Shown in pieces: positions 56,646 through 64,000 of a DNA stretch of 64,000 nt; positions within the stretch are counted from its first letter, which is position 1; each line of letters starts with the position of its first letter. The notes below the pieces were generated by a model. It was not told the origin of the DNA and searched no databases. It worked only from the letters and a program-made list of their open reading frames with translations. Made by a program: the position numbers and the translations under genes. Source of the DNA: an uncultured Actinomycetota bacterium (lineage in GTDB: Bacteria > Actinomycetota > Actinomycetes > Streptosporangiales > Streptosporangiaceae); the NCBI GenBank assembly GCA_963771985.1, contig CAVYVO010000032.1, positions 5,019 through 69,018 of the forward strand, given 5' to 3'.

Positions 56646-58424
56646 TCAGCCAGGCTTGCTGGCCGCGGAATCCGGTCCGTTCAGGGTCTCTCCCGTCAGA
56701 TCGCGCAGCCGCTTCCACTCATCGTTAATCCGGGTGTCCATCTCGTCATCGGTGTAGGCGCCCTTGACCACGATCCGGACCCGGGTGGTGCCGCTCTCCG
56801 GGCGGGTGCCACCGCTGTAAACTTCCTCGCCGGTCAGGGTTACATGGAAATCGATGGGATAGACGCCCTCATACCGTCTGCCCGCGATATCCCAGTAGCG
56901 CTGCACCCGATCGGCCCGCTTTCCGCTACGAGGCGGATTTTCGATCACATGTTTGACGTAATATCCTTCCTCGCTCATCGCATTCGTCAGCGCGATCACC
57001 GTCTCGTCGCCCGGGATCACGGCGAACTCGTCGGCGTAGCTATCACGGTCGCTGTCCTCGGCCGCACGGTCCGGAACGACCCGGAGAGCCTGGTAGCGGA
57101 TACTCGCCAGGCTGAGCCTGAAGTTCGCGTCTATGCGCGTCTTGATGCTGGCCGCTCCCGCGTACCTCCGGCGTTCACCGAGCGGGTTGAACAGCCCCAC
57201 TCCGGTCACACCGGAGAGCGTTCCCCGCATGGTGGCCGTAAGCCGTCCGGATATTTCATCCTCGGGATTGACCTGGCCTCTGAACTGGATCGAAAGCGTC
57301 AGCCGGGTAGTCCTGGGTTCATCATCTCCTTTTTCCGGCTTATCCGGGATCAATCGTTTCAGCTCGAGCGATCGGCGGCCTTCCGGCATGAGTCCTTGCA
57401 CCGCCCGTGGCCGGGCGCTGACATTCTGACGAATTCCCCAGCTGTGAATCTCTCCCCAGCCCACCGGGAACTCGAGCCGCAGCAGTTCTATCATGTCCAG
57501 GCTGAGCGGCTTGTCCTCGTCAGGACCGAACTCCACCCACTGGACGTCCAGCTCAAGACCATGGTGGTCCGACTCGGGGACAATGGAAGGGGTGATCCAG
57601 ACCGGCCCCGAGCTGATGTCAGGCTCAGCGCGGAGCTCGTAACTCCGGGCGAACTTCCACGGGCTGGATGACGGTGGGTCCTCGGCATCGAACACCGGAT
57701 GATCTCCGGCGACGCCGTCGAGCGCCAGGACCGGACCGGGGATCTGTTCTCCCACCTTGATGCCGAACTGGCCCTGCAGCACGAGGCGCCCGGCGCAGTA
57801 GGACACCTCGGCGTTCTGTCCGTGCATGTGCCTGCGCCGACGCGATACCCGGTCGCGGTCCGGCTGGCCGAACGTGAGGACCATGCTGATCGTGCCCTCG
57901 ACCGGTTCCAGGACGGTCTCATACTCCTCGCCATGCGCCCCGAGAGTGATTTGTCCTCGCAGCCGCTCGATCAGCTCCACGTCGGCCACCTTGGGGTTAA
58001 GCAGCACCGGCATGGCCGCTCGTGCGCTGGCCGCGATACCGCGGACGCGCAGATAGGCCCAGGCGGCGGTTATCCCGCCGACCAGCAGGAAGATCAGCCC
58101 CACGAGCAGGCTAAGCCAGACACCGATGAGGCCGATCGCCACCAGCCCGGCACCAGCCACGCCGACGGCGAGCCAACGGCTGCCGGTCCCGGCGGTTCCG
58201 GCCCGGACGTGTGTGCAGTCGCCGCAATGACGAGCCCCGGTGTGCTCCAGGCCCGGACCGCCGCCTTCACGGCCAAACAACTTCTCCGCCCACCGCGGGG
58301 ACGGCAGGACGTGTTTCGCGCAACCCGGCCGCCAGCAATGGTGGCATAGCGCGGACACCTGCGACGAGCCGCACTTGTAGCAGCGGACCACGGGTGCCCG
58401 CGGCTCGACTGTCTTCTCCCACAT
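56646..58424 (-). CDS. Unknown protein B: N-terminal Zn finger, TM hairpin and large beta-rich domain
   Basis: CYKC..CHHCWRPGCAKH..HCGDC; hydrophobic WLAVGVAGAGLVAIGLIGVWLSLLVGLIFLLVGGITAAWAYL; AGGGGG RBS. Confidence 0.8.
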   Translation of the reverse strand: MWEKTVEPRAPVVRCYKCGSSQVSALCHHCWRPGCAKHVLPSPRWAEKLFGREGGGPGLEHTGARHCGDCTHVRAGTAGTGSRWLAVGVAGAGLVAIGLIGVWLSLLVGLIFLLVGGITAAWAYLRVRGIAASARAAMPVLLNPKVADVELIERLRGQITLGAHGEEYETVLEPVEGTISMVLTFGQPDRDRVSRRRRHMHGQNAEVSYCAGRLVLQGQFGIKVGEQIPGPVLALDGVAGDHPVFDAEDPPSSSPWKFARSYELRAEPDISSGPVWITPSIVPESDHHGLELDVQWVEFGPDEDKPLSLDMIELLRLEFPVGWGEIHSWGIRQNVSARPRAVQGLMPEGRRSLELKRLIPDKPEKGDDEPRTTRLTLSIQFRGQVNPEDEISGRLTATMRGTLSGVTGVGLFNPLGERRRYAGAASIKTRIDANFRLSLASIRYQALRVVPDRAAEDSDRDSYADEFAVIPGDETVIALTNAMSEEGYYVKHVIENPPRSGKRADRVQRYWDIAGRRYEGVYPIDFHVTLTGEEVYSGGTRPESGTTRVRIVVKGAYTDDEMDTRINDEWKRLRDLTGETLNGPDSAASKPG

Positions 58425-59450
58425 GTTCGCCCCCTGAGTCAACGCCCGGCCGGGAGACGGTCGAATCGCTCGCGCAGCGCCCGTCGCAGCGCGTTGATCT
58501 CGCGGACCAGCGGCTTGCTCTCCGCGCGCAGGGAGCCGTATACGTAGAGCCGCAGTTCGCCGCTGTCAACCGAGGTCCGGTACGTCATGCCGCCAGGAAC
58601 TCTTCGTTCGCGCCAAGCTTTGTACCGGCCGCCCCTGACATATACGGCGAGCCGTAGCTGATCGGGCCCGTGCGTGCGATGCGCCAGAATCAAGCAGCTC
58701 TCCGGATTGACAGGGCGTGACTCCATCACCTCGAATCCCCGGTTCCTGAGCGCCATCTCGATGTCGTCGATCCGCATCGCGCTGGGAATCACCTCGTCGA
58801 AGTACAGCCACTGATAAGGCGACATCGTGCGCCGGGCGAAGGCATCATAGAGCGGCAGCGAGAACTCGGTCGTGACGATGCTTTTCAGCTTCAGGCCGGA
58901 CCGCCGGGATTGGCACTGTTTTCCCGTCGCATCGTAGAGGCGGGCGTCCATGCCGGACAGCAAGCGGTTAACGGTCACTTCGATCTGGCCGCTGAGCTTC
59001 TCCTGTTTGTAGAGCTCGCCAGGGTTCGATATCGATAGCGTCATTTCCCCGCTGCTCAGGGTGACAATCTCGTCCTCGGATTCGTCCGTGGCTTCGCCGT
59101 CCTCCGATTCGTCCTCGGAATCATCCAGGCTCTGAGTACTTTCCGCGACACGCTGCACGCCGACGAGAGCCATCGGGACGCCTGACCATTCCAGGCCGCC
59201 CTTGCGGCCGTCATGTTCCCGCTCGGGGTTATACCGGAGCTGGGCGTGGCCATCGGCGTGCAGCGCGAGCGACGTCAGCGACGTGTGCGTGGGCCAGCTC
59301 ATGAAGACCCAGATCTCCGGCGATAGGACAGCCATAGGTCTGTGACATGCTGTTTTGTCCGGGCTTTCCTGTGCGTATTTTTTAAAGCTCTGATAGGATA
59401 GTGGCATGTCAGCGGCGGTTGCGGCGATCCTGGAGGGCATGCCAGAGCCC

Positions 59451-61744
59451 CAGATCTCCGGCGATGGTTGTGCGCCGTGTGTTAAATGCCGGGGTTCGCG
59501 GTGATCTGGTAGGTGATGGGGCGGGTGTCGCCGGGCATGACGGGCGGGGTCGCGTTGATCTCGTCGATGAGCAGGTCCAGGGCGCGGGCGATGCGCCGTG
59601 AGGCGGGCCGCGCGAGGGTGACGGTGATCGCATCGGGGGTGCTGGTGATGGTGCCGGCCAGGCCGCGGATGATGGTTTCGCGGGTGATGGCCCGGTATTC
59701 GTCGTCGTCACCGAGGTAGGCGTTGAGGTGGTCCGATAGCCAGTGCTCGGCGTTGTGCGCCAGCAGCCGCAGGATCATCTGCAGGCCGCGCCGCCCGGCG
59801 CGCAGCACCGCGGTCTGCGCGTCCGGGTCGATGACGTTGGCGGGCAGTTTCGCGGGGACCGGGCCGCGGGCGGTGACGGCGGCGGCCCGGTCCTTGCGGG
59901 CGCGGGTGATCTTCGCCTGCAGGCCGGGGATGCGGTCGTTCTTGGCCGCGGGGGTGAGGTCCGGGCTGGCGAGCAGGGCGGCGAAGTCGCGTTCGGCGCT
60001 GGCGAGGGCTTTCTCCGCGCCGCGGACGGCGGCGTTGGCCTTGTCGCGGGCGGGGTTGCGGGTCAGCTTGGTGTTCTCGGTGATCTCGGCGAGGTAGTCG
60101 CAGATCTTGTCGATGCCGTAGTTCTCCGATGCGTACTTGAGGAAGTTCTCCTCGCGCCACCGTGATTTCAGCCAGGACAGGATCTCCGCCGGGCATGCTT
60201 CGAAGTCCGACGTCAGGATCTGCAGGGCGACCCGCCCGTGCTCGAACAAGGTGACCTGCCGTGCCTCGCCGTAATCCTTCAGGGTCACTGTCTCCTCGGC
60301 CCAGGCGATCTGCCGGACCCGGCCGCCGTAGGTGACCGTCGTGAGGACGGGCAGCATCGCGGGGACGGCGAGGGGGGCGCGCCGGTAGGTGACCCAGTGC
60401 ACGCCCTGCTCGCGGCAGTGCGCGAATACCTGCGGGTAGGCGCCGCCGCGGTCGAAGCCCACCATGATCTTCGCGCCGGGGCCGGCGGCTTTCTTCAGCT
60501 CGGCCAGCGCCAGCGGCAGCGTGACGGTCAGCCCGGACGGCTCCCCGGACACGAAGCACACCGCCCGCCCGTCATGCGCGGTGACGTGGGTGTCCGCCCG
60601 GCCGCGCTCGGCGCGGCCCCGCTTGTTGTTCCAGCCCTTTGCCACCGGCTTCGCGCCGGTGTACGGCACGAAGTGGTCATCGACGTAGTAGACGCCGGAG
60701 GTCACCGGGTCCGCGGCGAGCATCGCCGCCGCGAACAGCGTCTGCAGCCGCAGCGGGTCGGCGGCGTCGGCGATCCGGGCTAGCTCCGGGCGCAGCGCCC
60801 GCAGCCCCGGCAGCGTACCGAGCCCGGCCAGCGGCCCGGCCTCGGCGGCGGCCAGGTGCTTGAACTGCTCCGTCGTCGCGGCCCCCAGCGCGAAGCACAT
60901 GCTGACGGCCGTCAGCAGCCGGACGTCTGCCGGTCCCGCGGCGGCGTCCGCGAGCACCGTCCCGGCTGCTGCCCGCGCGAAGAACGCGTGCAGCAGCATC
61001 GACCCGGCATACCGGGACGTGAGCACGCCGCGGGGCGCTTGCGGCCGCGGCGGCGGCCCGCCCGCCGGCAGCCCGGCACCAGCCTCAGCCTCCGGCGCGG
61101 GTTCCGCTGCCGGCTCAGCCGCCGCCACGGCCCCGGCCCCGGCCTCCGTCTCGGCCTCCGTCTCGGTGAACAGGGATTCCGCCGGCGCCCGGCCGGGTTC
61201 GCCGCCGGCTGCGGGGGCCTGCCCGCGCGGTCCCAGGCCGCGGCTGACGGTCGTGTGCGCCACGTCCAGCCGCCGCCCGATCTCGGCGTCGCTGACGCCG
61301 CCGGCCCGCCACTGCCGGGCCTGCTCCCACTGCTCCGCGGTGATCTTCCCCGGCGTGCCGCGCCGGTCCTGCTTGACCAGCGCCGCCGACCCGTCCCGCT
61401 GCGCCGCGTTGTACAGCGTTGCCACGTACGCCTCTGACAAGCCCAGCGCCGCGGCGACCGTCCGGCCGCGGAACCCCAGCTGCCGCAGCGAGCACAGCGC
61501 GATGTTCCGCATCACCGCGTCCCCTGCGGCCTAGTCGAACAGCACCGTCGAGCCGGCCATGATCACGCACCGGCCGCCGTGCTCGTGCATGCGGAGATCG
61601 CGGGGCTCTGGCATGCCCTCCAGGATCGCCGCAACGGCCGCTGACACGCCACCGATCCTACCAGAGTTTTAACAATTACGCACATTGCGGGCGAAACGGA
61701 ACCGCACGTCACGGTCCTGTGGATAACTTAACGCCGGAGATCTG
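59451..61744 (-). mobile_element. IS copy 2 (inner element, opposite orientation)
   Basis: IRs CAGATCTCCGGCG and CGCCGGAGATCTG; TSD AGCCC (59446-59450 and 61745-61749). Confidence 0.9.
59482..61614 (-). CDS. Putative DDE transposase (copy 2), with an in-frame TAG at codon 28
   Basis: MPEPRDLRMHEHGGRCVIMAGSTVLFD*AAGDAVMRNIA (TAG at 61531-61533, where copy 3 has Tyr); YYVDDHF, FDRGG and RWREEN are intact. Confidence 0.85.
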
Positions 61745-64000
61745 AGCCCCGCGACCTTCGCATGCACGAGCACGATGGCCGGTGCGTGATCACGGCCGGG
61801 CGGGTGGTGCTGTTCGAGTATGCCGCCGGCGATGTGGTGATGCGGAACATCGCGCTGGCGGTGCTGCGGCAGCTGGGGTTCAAGGGCCGGGCAGTCGCCG
61901 CGGTGCTGGGGCTGACGGAGAACTACGTCGCGACGCTGCACAACGCGGCCCTGCGGGACGGGTCGGCGGCGCTGGTCATGCAGGACCGGCGCGGCACGCC
62001 GGGGAAGGTGACCGGGGAGCAGTGGGCGCAGGCCCGGGCGTGGCGGGCGCAGGGCGCCAGTGACGCGGAGATCGGGCGGCGGCTGCAGGTGGCGCACACC
62101 ACGATCGGCCGCGCCCCGGGACCGCGCGAGCAGGCGCCGGCCCGGGAACGCGAGCCCGGCTGGGCGCCGGCGGAACCCCTGTTCGCCGGCCCCGGGCCGG
62201 AGCCTGAGCCCGAGCCGGAACCCGGGCCTGGTGCTGGTGCTGGCCTGCCTCCTGCCGGGGGGCTGCGGGCGTGGCCGCTGCCCGCGGGGGGCGTGTTCAG
62301 GTCGCGGTATGCGGGGGCGATGCTGCTGCATGCCTTCGGCGGGCGGGCCGGCGCCGGGGAGATCCTGGCGGCTGCGGCGGGCGGGGAGGACGGGCGGCCC
62401 GGGGATGCGGCGCTGCTGTCGGCGGTCAGCATGTGCTTCGCGCTGGGGGCGGCGACGACTGAGCAGTTCAAGCACCTGGCCGCGGCGGAGGCAGGGCCGC
62501 TGGCCGGGCTCGCGGTGCTGCCGGGGCTGCGGGCGCTGCGGCCTCAGCTGGCCGCGATCGCCGACCGCACCGACCCGCTGCGGCTGCAGTCGATGTTCGC
62601 GTCCGCGATGCTGGCGGCGGACCCGGTGACCTCCGGGGTGTACTACGTCGATGACCATTTCGTCCCCTATGCCGGCGCCAAGCCGGTCGGCAAGGGCTGG
62701 AACAACAAGCGGGGGCGGGCAGAGAAGGGCCGCGCGGACACGCACGTCACCGCGCACGACGGGCGGGCGGTGTGCTTCGTGACCGGCGAGCCGTCCGGGC
62801 TGACGGTCACCTTGCCGAAGGCGCTGGCGGAACTGAAGAAGGCCGCCGGGCCGGGCGCGAAGATCATGCTCGGATTCGACCGCGGCGGCGCGTATGCGCA
62901 GGTGTTCCGGCACTGCCGCGAGCAGGACGTGCACTGGGTCACCTACCGGCGCGCCCCGCTGGCGGTCCCGGCGATGCTGCCGGTGATCACCACGGTCAGC
63001 TACGCCGGCCGCGCCCGGCAGATCGCCTGGGCGGAGGAGACCGTCCAGATCAAGGACTACGGCGAGGCCCGGCAGATCACCCTCTTCGAGCACGGCAAGG
63101 TGGCGCTGCAGATCCTCACCTCTGACTTCGATGCGTGCCCGGCGGAGATCCTGGCCTGGCTGAAGTCGAGGTGGCGGGAGGAGAACTTCCTCAAGTACGC
63201 CAGCGAGAACTACGGGATCGGCAAGATCTGCGACTACCTCGCCGGCATCGAGGCGAATACCAAGATCACCGGCAACCCGGCCCGCAAGCAGGCGAACGCG
63301 GCCGTCCGCGAGGCGGAGAAGGCACTGGCCGCCGCGGAGCGCGACCTGGCCGTACTGCTGGCCGACCCGGCCATCGCCCCCGCCGCCAAGAACACCAGGC
63401 TGATCCCCGCCGCGCAGAAGAAAATCAGCGCGGCGCGCAAGAAACTGGCTGCCGCCGCCGCGGCCCGCGACAAGGTCCCCGCGAAACTCCCGGCCAACGC
63501 CATCGACCCCGAGGCGAAGACCGCGCTGCTGCGCGCCGGGCGGCGCGGCCTGCAGATGGTCCTGCGGCTGCTCGCCCACAACGCCGAGCACTGGCGCTAT
63601 CAGCCCACCTCAACGCCTACCTGCGCGACGACGACGAATACCGCGCCATCACCCGCGAAACCATCATCCGCGGCCTGGCCGGCACCATCACCTGGACCCC
63701 CGACGCCATCACCGTCCGGCTCGAACAACCCGGCGCCCCCCGCATCGCCCGCGCCCTGACCCTGCTCATCGACGAGATCAACGCCACCCCGCCCGCCATG
63801 CCAGGCGACACCCGCCCCATCACCTACCAGCTCACCCCGCGACCCGGCATTTAACCCCAGACGCACAGCCATCGCCGGAGATCTGAGACCTTGCTGACCT
63901 TGGCATCTAGTCCATCTTCATGCACCCGCGACAGGTGGAGGCGTACGGTCATATGAAGCCACAGATCCGGCTTGAAATCGAGCTGCCGTTCGGGAGACCC

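Larger units (their letters stand above)
59439..63854 (+). pseudogene. Putative DDE transposase (copy 3), split after codon 4 by copy 2 and frameshifted at ~63595
   Basis: ATG CCA GAG CCC (59439-59450) joined to CGC GAC CTT CGC ATG (from 61750) gives MPEPRDLRM, as in copy 2. A 2-bp insertion follows AEHW. Confidence 0.85.
59310..63885 (+). mobile_element. IS copy 3 (outer element, carries copy 2 inside it)
   Basis: IRs CAGATCTCCGGCGAT and ATCGCCGGAGATCTG; TSD AGACC (59305-59309 and 63886-63890). Confidence 0.9.
58439..64000 (-). pseudogene. Unknown protein A (paralog of B), interrupted by nested IS; 5' part extends beyond the window (parts 63886-64000 and 58439-59304)
   Basis: Removing 59310-63885 and one AGACC gives the open frame GSPERQLDFKPDLWLHMTVRLHLSRVHEDGLDAKVSK|VFMSWPTHTSL... 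Confidence 0.8.

Noticed and set aside
58439..59440. 333-aa ORF as a complete gene starting at 59440
   Set aside because: The first ~44 codons derive from the IS left end; the true 5' part lies beyond 63886.
61531..61533. In-frame TAG as pyrrolysine or programmed readthrough
   Set aside because: The sister copy has a Tyr codon here; a point mutation or base-call error is simpler.

Overview
High-GC actinobacterial chromosome segment (Streptosporangiales-like by gene content; this is an inference). Several single-base frameshifts in otherwise intact genes may be long-read errors. Recognisable content: (i) an IS-rich left end, with ISAs1 remnants and an IS701-like element with 15-bp IRs that splits a TIR-like gene upstream of a RyR-domain gene; (ii) soxR with a canonical SoxR box and a divergent F420/quinone-reductase operon; (iii) a mycofactocin cluster (mftF-C-B-A <-> mftR-E-SDR) lacking mftD; (iv) a SIR2-centred four-gene cluster that may be a defence locus; (v) metabolic and transport genes (yitJ-like, PucR regulator, ALDH, MFS, isochorismate synthase, MOSC, ABC, APC); (vi) an Rv2578c-family radical SAM gene with a LAGLIDADG intein; (vii) a pseudogene-rich zone at 41-50 kb; (viii) three copies of one IS family (ends CAGATCTCCGG, 5-bp TSDs), two of them nested. 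The best candidate for an undescribed system is the tightly coupled minus-strand operon at 55.1 to >64 kb. It encodes two paralogous beta-rich proteins (one with a Zn finger and a TM hairpin), a stand-alone homologous Zn-finger protein, and a protein with two Ig-like repeats and a CHAT (caspase-like) domain. No rRNA, tRNA or CRISPR array was seen.
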